A stretch of 64,000 nt of DNA from the NCBI GenBank assembly GCA_046290465.1, contig JBKAGP010000001.1, positions 4,832,001 through 4,896,000 of the forward strand. The letters run 5' to 3'. Both the position numbers and the translations under genes were made by a program. Position 1 is the stretch's first letter; each line of letters starts with the position of its first letter. The notes beneath the pieces are model-generated. The model searched no databases. It was not told the DNA's origin and worked only from the letters and a program-made list of their open reading frames with translations. The stretch comes from Planctomycetota bacterium (GTDB lineage: Bacteria > Planctomycetota > UBA1135 > UBA2386). Of the stretch, positions 30,314 to 40,477 are shown one piece after another.

Positions 30314-31033
30314 CTAGTCGAAGAACCGATACCGCGCGATCGCCCAGGCTGCCGCCACCGCGTCCTTCCAGCCGATCTTCTTGCCGTCGGCGAACGCGCG
30401 GCCGCGGTAGCGGATCGGGGTCTCCCAGATGCGGGCGTCGCTGCGCGCGATCTTGGCGGTCAGCTCTGGCTCGACCGTGAATCGGCGGCTCTTGATGCGG
30501 ATCGGCGCCAGCACTTCGCGGCGGAAGCACTTGTAGCACGTCTCCATGTCGGTCAGGTTGAGGCCGGTCGTCAGGTTGCTGACGAACGTCAGGAAGCGGT
30601 TGCCGAGGTAGTGCACGAACGCGTCGCGTTCGCGGTTGGGGTCGTCCCGGTCGACCAGGTAGCGCGAGCCGTAGACGACGTCGGCGTGGCCGTCGACGAT
30701 CGGCTGGATCAGCGCGCGGTAGTCCTGCGGGTCGTACTCCAGGTCGGCATCCTGGATGACGACGACGTCCCCCTTGGCCGCCTCGAAGCCGGTGCGCAGC
30801 GCCGCGCCCTTGCCGAGGTTCTGCTCGTGCATCAGCACGCGCACGCGGCTGCGCGGTTCGAGGAACCGCAGCAGGCTGCGGCTCGCGTCGGTGCTGCCGT
30901 CGTCGACCAGGATCAGCTCCTTTGGCGTCGGCTCGGCGAGCACGGCGTCGACGATCTCGACGAGGGTCTTCTCCTCGTTGTAGACCGGCATCACGACGGT
31001 CAGCAGGAAGTCGTCGGGGAGCGGTGCGGCCAC
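30314..31033 (-). CDS. Glycosyltransferase family 2 (polyprenol-phosphate glycosyltransferase-like)
   Basis: VVMPVYNE, VDDGSTD, NLGKGAA, IQDADLEYDP, VYGSR, TDMETCYK. Confidence 0.92.
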   Translation of the reverse strand: MAAPLPDDFLLTVVMPVYNEEKTLVEIVDAVLAEPTPKELILVDDGSTDASRSLLRFLEPRSRVRVLMHEQNLGKGAALRTGFEAAKGDVVVIQDADLEYDPQDYRALIQPIVDGHADVVYGSRYLVDRDDPNRERDAFVHYLGNRFLTFVSNLTTGLNLTDMETCYKCFRREVLAPIRIKSRRFTVEPELTAKIARSDARIWETPIRYRGRAFADGKKIGWKDAVAAAWAIARYRFFD

Positions 31034-31091
31034 GTGCTGCTGTGATACGCGGCCGCGGCGCTGCCTTCCAGTCCGACCGCCTTCCAGACGA

Positions 31092-31667
31092 CTACAGGCC
31101 GACCTGATCGACCTTGTCCTCGCCGTCGAAGCGCACCGAGCGGCTCACGAAGCGGCGCCATTCGTAGGTCAGCGTGTTGGCCGTCTCCGACGGGTTGGTG
31201 CTCTTCGGCGGGTAGCCGACCGCGAGGAACACGGCATCGCGCGACATGCCGCGGCGGATCTCGCCGTTCTCGATGCCGGCGCGGTCGACCTCACTGAGGC
31301 CCTCGGGCATCGCGACGGGCGTGTCCGAGAAGTGGCGTTCCTTCCACTCGGTGATCGGCATCTGCGAGTGCTTGGCCACGTAGTCGATGTAGTACTGGTT
31401 GCCGTCGCCGTCGCGCAGCGTGATGCTGCGGCCGGTCATGCCCTCGAGGGTCAGCTGTGTGCCCATCGGCACGAACGTCGGCATGCTCAGGTAGTTGGTC
31501 GAATACATCAGGTAGCGGCCGCGCTTGGTGTCGAACCGCATGCCGACCTTGGTGTAGACCGGCTGGTTGACCGCTTCCGCGGGCAGGATTTCGCGGTTCC
31601 TGGACTTGCAGCCGGCGACGAGCAGCGCGGCGGCGACGAACGTGAGCGAGCGAAGCAGGGTCTTCAT
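31092..31667 (-). CDS. Lipoprotein with SmpA/OmlA-like C-terminus
   Basis: Start MKTLLRS at 31667; lipobox VAGC; C-terminal GMSRDAV..A.GYP motif. Confidence 0.65.
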   Translation of the reverse strand: MKTLLRSLTFVAAALLVAGCKSRNREILPAEAVNQPVYTKVGMRFDTKRGRYLMYSTNYLSMPTFVPMGTQLTLEGMTGRSITLRDGDGNQYYIDYVAKHSQMPITEWKERHFSDTPVAMPEGLSEVDRAGIENGEIRRGMSRDAVFLAVGYPPKSTNPSETANTLTYEWRRFVSRSVRFDGEDKVDQVGL

Positions 31668-31756
31668 GGCGGCAGCGTAACCATCGACGCGATCGGTTTG
31701 TTGCACCGGAATCAGGGGGCATGCGGGTGCCGCGTCCGCGGGCTAGACTCTCCGCC

Positions 31757-34700
31757 ATGCGACGTCTCCCTCGCGCGTCTGCTCGTCCGCTCGGCAGCCT
31801 GGCTGCGGCGGCGCTGCTCCCTGCCGCGCTGTTCGCACAGGCCGAAGGCGCCACGGCGGTCGACTTCGACCGCGACGTGCGCCCGATCCTGTCCAACCAC
31901 TGCTTCTCGTGCCACGGCCCCGACGCCGCGCACCGGCAGGGGGACCTGCGGCTCGACTCGAAGGCCGAGGCGATGCGGGTGATCGCGCCCGGGGACGCCG
32001 CCGGCAGCGAACTGCTGCGCCGCGTGCGCCACCAGGACGTCGACGAACGCATGCCGCCGGCGTCGGCCAACAAGCCGCTCGATGCGGCGCAGGTCGACAC
32101 GCTGGTCCGCTGGGTCGAGCAGGGGGCGCCGTGGGCCGAGCACTGGTCGTTCGTGACGCCGCGGCAGGTCGCGGTGCCGCAGGTGCAGCACGCCGAGTGG
32201 CCGCGCAACGAGATCGACCACTTCGTGCTGGCGCGGCTCGAGCGCGACGGCCTGCGCCCGTCGCCCGAGGCCGACCGGCGCGCGTTGCTGCGCCGGGTCA
32301 CGCTCGACCTGACCGGCCTGCCGCCGACGCTCGACGAGCTGCGCGCGTTTGCCGCGGATGCATCCCCGGACGCCTACGAACGGGCCGTCGACCGGCTGCT
32401 GCGCACCGACGCGCACGCCGAGCACATGGCGCGGTTCTGGCTCGACGCGGCGCGCTACGGCGACACCCACGGCCTGCACCTCGACAACTACCGCGAGATG
32501 TGGCCGTTCCGCGACTGGGTCGTCGGCGCCTTTCGGGACAACCTCGGCTACGACCGGTTCGTGGTCGAGCAGCTCGCCGGCGACCTGCTGCCGGATGCGA
32601 GCGTGGCGCAGCGCGTCGCGTCCGGGTTCAACCGTTGCCACATCACGACCAACGAGGGCGGCTCGATCACCGAGGAGGTCTACGTGCGCAACGTGATCGA
32701 CCGGGTGAGCACGACCGGCACGGTGTTCCTCGGGTTGACGCTCGGCTGCGCGGTCTGCCACGACCACAAGTTCGACCCGATCAGCCAGCGCGAGTTCTAC
32801 GAGATGTTCGCGTTCTTCAACAACGTCGACGGCAGCCCGCTCGACGGCAACCGCAAGGACTACGCGCCGCTGGTGCGGCTGCCGTCCGAACAGCAGAGGC
32901 AGGCGCTCGCGGAGCTGCGCGAGCAGGTCGTCGGCCTCGACGCGCGCATCGCGAAGCAGCTCGCGGCGATCGACTACGTCGAGCCGGCGGCCCCGGCCGA
33001 GGCCGCCGACTGCGGCGAACGGCGCACCATCGTGTGGATCGACGACGCGCTGCCGAGCGGCGCCGAGGTCGACCAGAATCCGTTCGTGTGGACCGACGAC
33101 GCGGACCTCGTGCGCACGGGGCGGCGCGCCATCGAGCGGGTCAGCAGCGGCAACCAGCAGAGCTACTTCCGCAGCGCCGACGTCAAGCTGCGCGTGGCGG
33201 CGGGCGACGTGCTGTTTGCGTGGGTGCGGCTCGATCCCGCCAACCCGCCGCGGCAGATCATGCTGCAGTGGAACGACGACGGTGCCGCCGGCTGGGACCA
33301 CCGCGCCTACTGGGGCGAGAACCTGATCCCGTACGGCAAGGACGGCACGACCGGTCGGCGTCGCATCGGCGATCTGCCCAAGGCCGGCGAGTGGGTGCGC
33401 CTCGAGGTGCCGGTCGCCAAGGTCGGGCTGCGTCCCGGCATGGCCGTGCACGGCGTCGCGGTGACGCAGTTCGACGGCCGCAGCCACTGGGACGAGGTCG
33501 GCATCGAGTCGACCAGCGACCAGGCGGCGGTCGACTTTGCGTGGATCGACGACGCCGCGCCCGAGGGCGCCAGCCTGCAGGGCAACGGTCGGACCTGGCG
33601 CTGGGTCGAGGGTGGCAAGCAGGGCGCGCCGAAGGCTCACTCCGGCAGCCGCGTGCTGCGCCGCAAGGGCCGCGGCCTGATCCAGGACTTCTTCAACGGA
33701 GCGTCGGTGCCGCTCAGGCTGCAGCACGACGACAAGCTGTTCGCGCACGTCTGGCTCGATCCCGAAGATCCGCCGCGCGCGATCCAGCTGCAGTTCCACT
33801 CGGGTGGTTGGGACCACCGCGTGCGTTGGGGCGCCGAGGCGCACGGTCCGGGCCGGCCCAACGGCGCCGACCACCGCGCTGGCGACGTGCCCGAGGCCGG
33901 CCGCTGGGTGCGGCTCGAGGTCGACATCGACAAGGTCGGCCTGCGCGTCGGCGACGTGATCGACGGCTGGGCGTTCACGCAGGTCGACGGCACGGTCTAC
34001 TGGGACGACGCCGGCGTGAGGACCTACGGGCCGCCCGACGACCGGCACCTCTACTCGATGCTCGCGTGGGAGGACATCGGCCGCAACGCGAGCACCACGC
34101 CGAAGCCCGTGCGCGACGCGCTCGCGATCGAGCGCGGCAAGCGCAGCGAGGCGCAGCAGGCGCGCATCCGCGAGCACTACCTGCGCCGCGTGCACGTTCC
34201 GTCGCAGCAGCTGTTCGTGCCGCTCGACCAGGAGCGCGCGCAGCTCGAGCAGCAGCAGAAGGCGATCGAGGGCAAGATCCCGTCGACGATGGTCATGAAG
34301 GAGCGCGCCGCCAGCAAGGACGCGTTCGTGCTGGTGCGAGGGCTCTACGACCAGAAGGGCGACAAGGTCGAGCGGCGCACGCCGGCGGCGCTGCCGCCGA
34401 TGGCCGAAGAGCTGCCACGCGATCGCCTCGGTCTGGCGCGGTGGCTGACCGATCCCAAGCACCCGCTGACCGCGCGCGTCGCGGTCAACCGCTTCTGGCA
34501 ACAGCTGTTCGGCACCGGCATCGTCAGGACCAGCGAGGACTTCGGCAACCAGGGCGAACGCCCGAGCCACCCGCTGCTGCTCGACTGGCTGGCGGTGCGG
34601 TTCGTCGAGGACGGTTGGGACGTGCGCGCGCTGATGAAGCGCATGGTGATGTCGTCGACCTACCGCCAGTCGGCCGAGGTCGGGGACGAGCTGCTGGGGC

Positions 34701-35374
34701 GCGACCCGGACAACCGCCTGCTGGCGCGTGGCGCGCGCTTCCGGCTCGACGGCGAGACGCTGCGCGACCAGGCGCTGATGCTCGCGGGCCTGTTGGTGCG
34801 CGACGTCGGCGGGCCACCGGTCAAGCCGCCGCAGCCCAAGGGGCTGTGGAAGGCGGTCGGCTACTCGAGCTCGAACACCGCCAACTTCCGTGCGGACCAG
34901 GGGCACGACAAGGTGCACCGGCGCAGCCTCTACACGTTCTGGAAGCGCACCGCGCCGCCGCCGCAGATGACGACGTTCGACGCGCCGAGCCGCGAGGAGT
35001 GTCGCGTTCGCCGGGAGCGCACCAACACGCCGATGCAGGCGCTGCTGCTGATGAACGACCCGCAGTACGTCGAGGCGGCGCGCTGCTTCGCCCAGCGCAT
35101 CCTGCGCGAGGGCGGCGGCGGCGACGTCGCCCGGATCCGCTGGGCGCTCGAGTGCGCGACCGGCCAGGAGCCGAAGGCCGACGACGTGCGGGACGTGCGC
35201 GCGCTGCTCGGCAACGAACGGGTGGCGTTCGCTTCGTCGCCCGACGACGCCAGGCTGCTGGTGTCGATCGGCGTCGACGCTCCGAGCGACGAAGTCGCGG
35301 TCGCCGAACTGGCGGCCTGGACGATGGTCGCCAACCTGATCCTCAACCTCGACGCGGTGCTGACCAAGGGCTGA
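31757..35374 (+). CDS. Planctomycete PSD1/PSCyt cytochrome c domain protein (DUF1549/DUF1553)
   Basis: [95 protein letters not shown]. Confidence 0.93.
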   Translation: MRRLPRASARPLGSLAAAALLPAALFAQAEGATAVDFDRDVRPILSNHCFSCHGPDAAHRQGDLRLDSKAEAMRVIAPGDAAGSELLRRVRHQDVDERMPPASANKPLDAAQVDTLVRWVEQGAPWAEHWSFVTPRQVAVPQVQHAEWPRNEIDHFVLARLERDGLRPSPEADRRALLRRVTLDLTGLPPTLDELRAFAADASPDAYERAVDRLLRTDAHAEHMARFWLDAARYGDTHGLHLDNYREMWPFRDWVVGAFRDNLGYDRFVVEQLAGDLLPDASVAQRVASGFNRCHITTNEGGSITEEVYVRNVIDRVSTTGTVFLGLTLGCAVCHDHKFDPISQREFYEMFAFFNNVDGSPLDGNRKDYAPLVRLPSEQQRQALAELREQVVGLDARIAKQLAAIDYVEPAAPAEAADCGERRTIVWIDDALPSGAEVDQNPFVWTDDADLVRTGRRAIERVSSGNQQSYFRSADVKLRVAAGDVLFAWVRLDPANPPRQIMLQWNDDGAAGWDHRAYWGENLIPYGKDGTTGRRRIGDLPKAGEWVRLEVPVAKVGLRPGMAVHGVAVTQFDGRSHWDEVGIESTSDQAAVDFAWIDDAAPEGASLQGNGRTWRWVEGGKQGAPKAHSGSRVLRRKGRGLIQDFFNGASVPLRLQHDDKLFAHVWLDPEDPPRAIQLQFHSGGWDHRVRWGAEAHGPGRPNGADHRAGDVPEAGRWVRLEVDIDKVGLRVGDVIDGWAFTQVDGTVYWDDAGVRTYGPPDDRHLYSMLAWEDIGRNASTTPKPVRDALAIERGKRSEAQQARIREHYLRRVHVPSQQLFVPLDQERAQLEQQQKAIEGKIPSTMVMKERAASKDAFVLVRGLYDQKGDKVERRTPAALPPMAEELPRDRLGLARWLTDPKHPLTARVAVNRFWQQLFGTGIVRTSEDFGNQGERPSHPLLLDWLAVRFVEDGWDVRALMKRMVMSSTYRQSAEVGDELLGRDPDNRLLARGARFRLDGETLRDQALMLAGLLVRDVGGPPVKPPQPKGLWKAVGYSSSNTANFRADQGHDKVHRRSLYTFWKRTAPPPQMTTFDAPSREECRVRRERTNTPMQALLLMNDPQYVEAARCFAQRILREGGGGDVARIRWALECATGQEPKADDVRDVRALLGNERVAFASSPDDARLLVSIGVDAPSDEVAVAELAAWTMVANLILNLDAVLTKG

Positions 35375-35378
35375 TCCG

Positions 35379-36845
35379 ATGGACCCACGCAACGAACTCG
35401 TCGACGCGATGACGCGTCGCCACTTCTTCCAGCGCGGCGGTCTCGGCCTTGGCGGTGCCGCGCTCGCTTCGATGATGGGGCGGTCGGCGTCGGCGGCGCA
35501 GCCCGGGGATCCACGCGGCGGCCTCCCCGACGTGCCGCACTTCGCGCCGAAGGCCAAGCGCGCGATCTGGCTGTTCATGGCCGGAGCGCCGTCGCAGCTC
35601 GACACGTTCGACTACAAGCCGAAGCTGCACGACCTGTTCGATACCGACCTGCCGGAGTCGATCCGCAACGGCCAGCGGCTGACGACGATGACGTCCGGGC
35701 AGAAGCGCTTCCCGATCGCGCCGTCGAAGTATCGCTTCACCAGGACCGACAACGGCGGCGATGGCGCGTGGGTGTCGGAGCTGCTGCCCTACACCGCGTC
35801 GATGACCAAGGACCTGGCGATCGTCAAGTCGGTCTACACCGAGGCGATCAACCACGACCCCGCGATCACGTTCATCACCACCGGGCGCGAACTGCCCGGT
35901 CGGCCGAGCCTCGGCTCGTGGCTGAGCTACGGCCTCGGCTCGGAGAATCGCGACCTGCCGGGCTTCGTCGTGATGACGCCGCGATGGAGCGGCCGCCGCG
36001 ACGCGCAGGCGCTCTACAACCGGCTGTGGGGTGCGGGCATGCTGCCGAGCCGCCACGCCGGCGTCGCGCTGCGACCCGAGGGCGACCCGGTGCTGTTCTT
36101 GCAGAACCCGCGCGGCGTGCACGCCGCGTCGCGTCGGCGCATGCTCGACGCGCTCGGTCGCATCAACGAACGGCTGCACGCCGAGGTCGGCGACCCGGAG
36201 ATCCGCACGCGGATTTCGCAGTACGAGCTGGCCTACCGGATGCAGACCTCCGTGCCCGAGCTCAACGATCTCGGCAGCGAGCCGGACAGCACGTTTGCCA
36301 TGTATGGCGAAGAGGCGCGCAAGCCCGGCACGTTTGCGGCGTCGTGCCTGCTGGCGCGGCGCATGATCGAGCGCGGCGTGCGCTTCGTGCAGTTGTTCCA
36401 CCGCGGTTGGGACCAGCACGGCAACCTGGCCGGCGACCTGCCCAAGCAGTGCCGCGACATCGACCAGGCCAGCTGGGCGCTGGTGCAGGACCTCAAGCAG
36501 CGCGGCATGCTCGACGACACGCTGGTCATCTGGGGCGGTGAGTTCGGGCGAACGGTCTACTGCCAGGGTCGCCTGACGCGCGAGAACTACGGCCGCGACC
36601 ACCACCCGCGCTGCTTCTCGATGTGGATGGCCGGCGGCGGCATCCGCGGCGGGCAGGTCTACGGCGAGACCGACGACTTCAGCTACAACGTCGTCGACAA
36701 GCCGATGCACATCCGCGACCTCAACGCGACGATCCTGCACTGCCTCGGCATCGACCACGAACGGCTGACCGTGCCGCACCAGGGGCTCGACGTGAAGTTG
36801 ACCGGCGTGGAGCCGGCCCGGGCCGTGCGCGAGCTGCTGGCGTAG
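35379..36845 (+). CDS. DUF1501 domain protein with Tat signal
   Basis: TRRHFF Tat motif, [34 protein letters not shown]; usual partner of PSD1 proteins. Confidence 0.93.
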   Translation: MDPRNELVDAMTRRHFFQRGGLGLGGAALASMMGRSASAAQPGDPRGGLPDVPHFAPKAKRAIWLFMAGAPSQLDTFDYKPKLHDLFDTDLPESIRNGQRLTTMTSGQKRFPIAPSKYRFTRTDNGGDGAWVSELLPYTASMTKDLAIVKSVYTEAINHDPAITFITTGRELPGRPSLGSWLSYGLGSENRDLPGFVVMTPRWSGRRDAQALYNRLWGAGMLPSRHAGVALRPEGDPVLFLQNPRGVHAASRRRMLDALGRINERLHAEVGDPEIRTRISQYELAYRMQTSVPELNDLGSEPDSTFAMYGEEARKPGTFAASCLLARRMIERGVRFVQLFHRGWDQHGNLAGDLPKQCRDIDQASWALVQDLKQRGMLDDTLVIWGGEFGRTVYCQGRLTRENYGRDHHPRCFSMWMAGGGIRGGQVYGETDDFSYNVVDKPMHIRDLNATILHCLGIDHERLTVPHQGLDVKLTGVEPARAVRELLA

Positions 36846-36891
36846 CCGGGATTCTGCGCAATAGTCTCTGGGCCGCACCGAACGGCCCGGG

Positions 36892-37383
36892 ATGAAGCGC
36901 ACCCTCGCCTACCTCCTCGCCGCTGCCGGCGGTGCCGCCGCCTGGGTGGTTGCCTGCCGAACGACCGGTCAGGCCGAGGCTTGGGACGATGTCTTCTACC
37001 TCCAGCGGGCTCTGCCCGCCCTCGGCGGCTTCGCGCTCCTGCTGGGATTCTGGCTGCGCGAACGCGTCGGCATGCTCGGCATCGCCGCGAGCGTCGGGCA
37101 GATCGCCGGCCTCGCGGTCACCCGCGGCCAGCACGAGATGTGGCCCGTCGACCTCGCGATCCTCTCCGCCCAGGCCGTTCCGTTCGGGATCTGCGCGTGG
37201 CTGGGCAGCGGCGCCCGCCGCCTGCTCGGCGGCACCTTCCGCGTTGCGGGCAAGGGAGTGCGGGTCGCAACCTGGCCGGCGCGTCGCCTGCTCGCGGGCC
37301 ATCGCAAGAGCCACCCGACGCCGCCCGAGCTGCCGACGTCGCGACGCGATGATCATCCGGCTGCGCGGCGCATGTTCATCTGA
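36892..37383 (+). CDS. Hypothetical membrane protein
   Basis: 163 aa with about 4 hydrophobic segments. Confidence 0.55.
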   Translation: MKRTLAYLLAAAGGAAAWVVACRTTGQAEAWDDVFYLQRALPALGGFALLLGFWLRERVGMLGIAASVGQIAGLAVTRGQHEMWPVDLAILSAQAVPFGICAWLGSGARRLLGGTFRVAGKGVRVATWPARRLLAGHRKSHPTPPELPTSRRDDHPAARRMFI

Positions 37384-38000
37384 CTCGAGGTGAGAGGGGC
37401 GGACTCTGACGAACCCGTCCATGTAGCCCGCTCCACCAGAAGGAGAAGCAGACCGACCCATGACGCAGCTGGCCGGCCCTCGGTCCCATGATCGTCGGAC
37501 TGGACGTGGCGACCGGACGACGGATCTCCATGATCTGCACGCGAAATCCGTGCACCCGACTCGTTCGCCGATGGCGGCCAGTTCTCTGTCAGCGGCAGTG
37601 CCCCCGGCGGGCCGACGTCGTGATCGAGGCATAGAAGGCTGGAGCTCCCGACATGCTGGCCAGCGCTCCCCACCGGACCGAGCAAGCTCACGCCGCGCGC
37701 GCGCGGTTCCGAGCGCCCCGGCGCCCGCTCCGCCACGGTTGGGATCGCCCACGAAGTCGATCCGACAACTCGCTCGATGGATTACGGCAGTGTCCAGGTC
37801 GCGCTACCCAGCCCACTCCACGGTCGCGGTGCCGTGTGCGTCCGAAGCCTGCTCAAGCGCGTCGACGATGACGACCCGGGATTAGACAGACCTGTCGAAC
37901 CTCCTGACCAGAATTGGGATCAGTAGGTGGGGGTGTTGGGGCGGGTTGCGGCGATGGGGGTGCGGGATAGCATGACCGGCGGTGGTGGCGGGATTCGGTT

Positions 38001-38022
38001 CGCTGCCTAAGACTAGTTGGGC
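38001..38022 (+). other. Array entry site, attI-like simple site (CGCTGCCTAAGACTAG/TTGGGC)
   Basis: GTTGGGC at 38016 matches the inverse core GCCCAAC (39364) of cassette 1, but no attC hairpin precedes it. It loosely resembles the attI1 end CCCTAAAACAAAGTT. Confidence 0.5.
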
Positions 38023-38065
38023 GGACGCCGAATCTGCGCCCTTGACCTGCTAGACTTCCCTTCGA

Positions 38066-39373
38066 TTGGAGGACCCCGTAGTCGTTGCCCGCATGGAGGA
38101 ATCCGCTGCCGAGCTAGAGTCGATCGCTGAAACGTTGCAGCAGTTGGTCGACCGGTGTGAATCGTCCGAGGGCTGGAAGATGCTCGACGCGGTCGAGGAA
38201 TCTGCCAGTGATGTCGGGAGGTCTTGGAGCGGCTCGTGGCTGGGTTATCACTCCTGTGTTTACTACCGAGACCTGCAGCCGCCCCACGCGGGCCATCACT
38301 TCAGTAGTGAGTGGGGCCTGCAGGACACCATGATCCAGTACACGATTGGTCCATGGCAGGAATACAAGCCCGAGGACGTAGAGCAGGCGGTTTTCACCAA
38401 GGCCGGAAACCCGAAGCTAGACGACGCCCGTGAAATGGCTGATGCCCACGGCCGCGCTTTTGATCACGAGCAAGCAAAGGTTGTCTCGATCCTGGAGCTG
38501 GAGTCCTCAGGAGCCGAGAGCGATTCGCTCAAATCATTCCTGGCGGATGCCAGGAAGCTCGCAGTGCCTAAGCCAAATGACTTCGTCGCCTACATGCGTC
38601 CAGCTGGTCAGTTGATGTCCCGTGATAGTCTCGCTGCGACGCAGGGCGTGAAGACTCCACCGCACTTGAAGATCATTGCTCAGGTGATGGCGACCCGAGG
38701 GGCTAGTGAGGTATGCGGCGAGCTTGCAGCGATCTGCAAGAAGGCCGCAGCGCATCTGCACCGACTCGCAATCAAGCGACAGTCCGCAGGAGGCGCAGGT
38801 GAGCCCGAGTCCAAGGAACCACGTGCGGATGCCAGCAAGATGACGATCAGCGAGCTCGTAGGAGGGCTCCGACCGGCACATCTGTGGAAAGTAGTTGCAG
38901 CGCTCCTAGGGCTGCTTGGTGGGGCCTTTACCTTGGGATATAAAACACATGGAATCATCGGTGACGAAGCAGGTGCCGAGAGCAAACCGGGTCTGGCCGA
39001 GGGGGCACATGCCGAATCGCGGCCGAGCGATACACCCGGCGACAGCGCTGTGCTTGAGCTTGAGCATCGTTGCCACTGGATACGGACGCATGTGCTTGCC
39101 GACAATCTTACTGTGAAGCAAGCATGGGAGGCGCAGCGGGCGCTCGATGGAGGAGGTGGCTCCTTCCGAGCGGCAGATGATCAATATCGCGATCGCAACA
39201 TAGAGGCGGTCACGCGCGAGCGTTCCAATAGGGACCTGTTGTCAGCCATTACCACCCTTCGGCGCCTACTTTCGGAGGTGCCTGAATCTTCTCGGGATGG
39301 GCAGCTTGTGGAGCCTGTGTTGGCAGGCAAGATCCGGACGGCGGCAAGTTGCTTGCCGGGGCCGCCCAACTAG
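38066..39373 (+). CDS. Cassette 1: hypothetical protein with conserved N-terminal SWSGSWLGYH...HFSSEWG domain and one TM helix
   Basis: 435 aa; stop immediately follows the attC inverse core; TM-like LWKVVAALLGLLGGAFTLGY. Confidence 0.75.
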   Translation: MEDPVVVARMEESAAELESIAETLQQLVDRCESSEGWKMLDAVEESASDVGRSWSGSWLGYHSCVYYRDLQPPHAGHHFSSEWGLQDTMIQYTIGPWQEYKPEDVEQAVFTKAGNPKLDDAREMADAHGRAFDHEQAKVVSILELESSGAESDSLKSFLADARKLAVPKPNDFVAYMRPAGQLMSRDSLAATQGVKTPPHLKIIAQVMATRGASEVCGELAAICKKAAAHLHRLAIKRQSAGGAGEPESKEPRADASKMTISELVGGLRPAHLWKVVAALLGLLGGAFTLGYKTHGIIGDEAGAESKPGLAEGAHAESRPSDTPGDSAVLELEHRCHWIRTHVLADNLTVKQAWEAQRALDGGGGSFRAADDQYRDRNIEAVTRERSNRDLLSAITTLRRLLSEVPESSRDGQLVEPVLAGKIRTAASCLPGPPN

Positions 39374-39427
39374 ACACAGGAGCTGACGACGCTTCGCGTC
39401 GCAGCTCAGTGCCCAAAGACGTTAGAC
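39364..39427 (+). repeat. attC site 1 (64 bp)
   Basis: GCCCAAC tagacacag GAGCTGAC GACGC TTC GCGTC GCAGCTC agtgcccaaagac GTTAGAC. Confidence 0.92.
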
Positions 39428-39730
39428 GAGCCTGCCTGCCGCACTCGCGGCTGGCGAGCAGCACATGCCAAGGTTCGCGTGGTAGGCGGCGTGGCTAGCA
39501 AGCGGTCGATGGCTTCGACAGCACAGTCGCCGTTCACCGGCGTGGCAGCGAGGTCGTGGCATCCACGGGCAACGCATCCGAGTGCAGCGACGAGGCAGAG
39601 CCGGTTGAGGCGGCAGGCCGATCAGAGCAGCCACAGGCAGTTGACGAGGGCCTGCCGAGCACCAGAATGGTCGTCTAACTCGTCGCAGGAGCTGACAGCG
39701 CTTCGCGCTGCAGCTCAGCGACCGGAGACG
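39421..39730 (+). other. Cassette 2: gene-less or pseudogenised cassette, copy A
   Basis: Near-identical to 40144-40452. The small ORF present in copy B is broken here by CAG>TAG and a 1-bp indel. Confidence 0.85.
39641..39668 (+). promoter_or_regulatory. Putative sigma70-type promoter in cassette 2 (TTGACG-N16-CAGAAT)
   Basis: Lies just before attC2 and points at the next cassette; conserved in copy B at 40363-40390. Confidence 0.45.
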
Positions 39731-39736
39731 TTGGAC
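39673..39736 (+). repeat. attC site 2 (64 bp)
   Basis: GTCTAAC...GAGCTGAC AGCGC TTC GCGCT GCAGCTC...GTTGGAC. Confidence 0.92.
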
Positions 39737-39754
39737 GGACCGTTGTCGACCCCC

Positions 39755-40096
39755 GTGGATGTCCGTGTTGAAGCACTCCGGGATCTCATCCAGTGCCGGC
39801 GGCCCGTCTCCTCAGCTGTCGATCGGATTGCAAGGTTCGACTTCGCGTGTGCGGGGGAGTTGGTGTCACTTGAGGTTGCTCATGTTCGCGCTGTTTTGGG
39901 TCGCTTCGTTGCGGGCGAGCTGTCTGCAGTAGATGTCGCCGACTGGGCGAGCGCGCTTGAGGGGCGCGAGGATGTTGCGTACTCCCAGCGGGTAGCGGAT
40001 GCGCTTTTCGTGCTGTCTGCACCGGGGATCAACGGTGCGCTGACTCGTTCAGTGGCGCTCGAGATGATGGCTGGCTACGATAGGCCGTCCAACTAG
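39755..40096 (+). CDS. Cassette 3: small hypothetical protein
   Basis: GTG start inside the cassette boundary (the longer 39479 ORF crosses attC2); stop follows the inverse core; motif WASALEGREDV. Confidence 0.7.
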   Translation: MDVRVEALRDLIQCRRPVSSAVDRIARFDFACAGELVSLEVAHVRAVLGRFVAGELSAVDVADWASALEGREDVAYSQRVADALFVLSAPGINGALTRSVALEMMAGYDRPSN

Positions 40097-40150
40097 TCAC
40101 AGCAGCTGACGGGGCTTCGCCCCGCAGCTGAGTGACCAAAGACGTTAGAC
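40087..40150 (+). repeat. attC site 3 (64 bp)
   Basis: GTCCAAC...CAGCTGAC GGGGC TTC GCCCC GCAGCTG...GTTAGAC. Confidence 0.92.
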
Positions 40151-40452
40151 GAGCCTGCCTGCCGCACTCGCGGCTGGCGAGCAGCACATGCCAAGGTTCG
40201 CGTGGCAGGCGGCGTGGCAAGCAAGCGGTCGATGGCTCGACAGCACAGTCGCCGTTCACCGGCGTGGCAGCGAGGTCGTGGCATCCACGGGCAACGCATC
40301 CGAGTGCAGCGACGAGGCAGAGCCGGTTGAGGCGGCAGGCCGATCAGAGCAGCCACAGGCAGTTGACGAGCGCCTGCCGAGCACCAGAATGGTCGTCTAA
40401 CTCGTCGCAGGAGCTGGCAGCGCTTCGCGCTGCAGCTCAGCGACCGGAGACG
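40144..40452 (+). other. Cassette 4: copy B of the duplicated cassette; contains only a doubtful 70-aa ORF (40188-40400)
   Basis: Differs from copy A by 4 substitutions and one 1-bp indel over about 309 bp (manual alignment). Confidence 0.85.
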
Positions 40453-40458
40453 TTAGCA
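40395..40458 (+). repeat. attC site 4 (64 bp)
   Basis: GTCTAAC...GAGCTGGC AGCGC TTC GCGCT GCAGCTC...GTTAGCA. Confidence 0.92.
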
Positions 40459-40477
40459 AGACCGGGAGAGTCGTCGG

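Noticed and set aside
37384..38015. Integron integrase gene upstream of the array
   Set aside because: No ORF of suitable length and no tyrosine-recombinase R-H-R-Y motifs on either strand.
39479..40096. 205-aa ORF as listed in the ORF track
   Set aside because: It reads through attC2; only the part inside cassette 3 (from 39755) is plausible.
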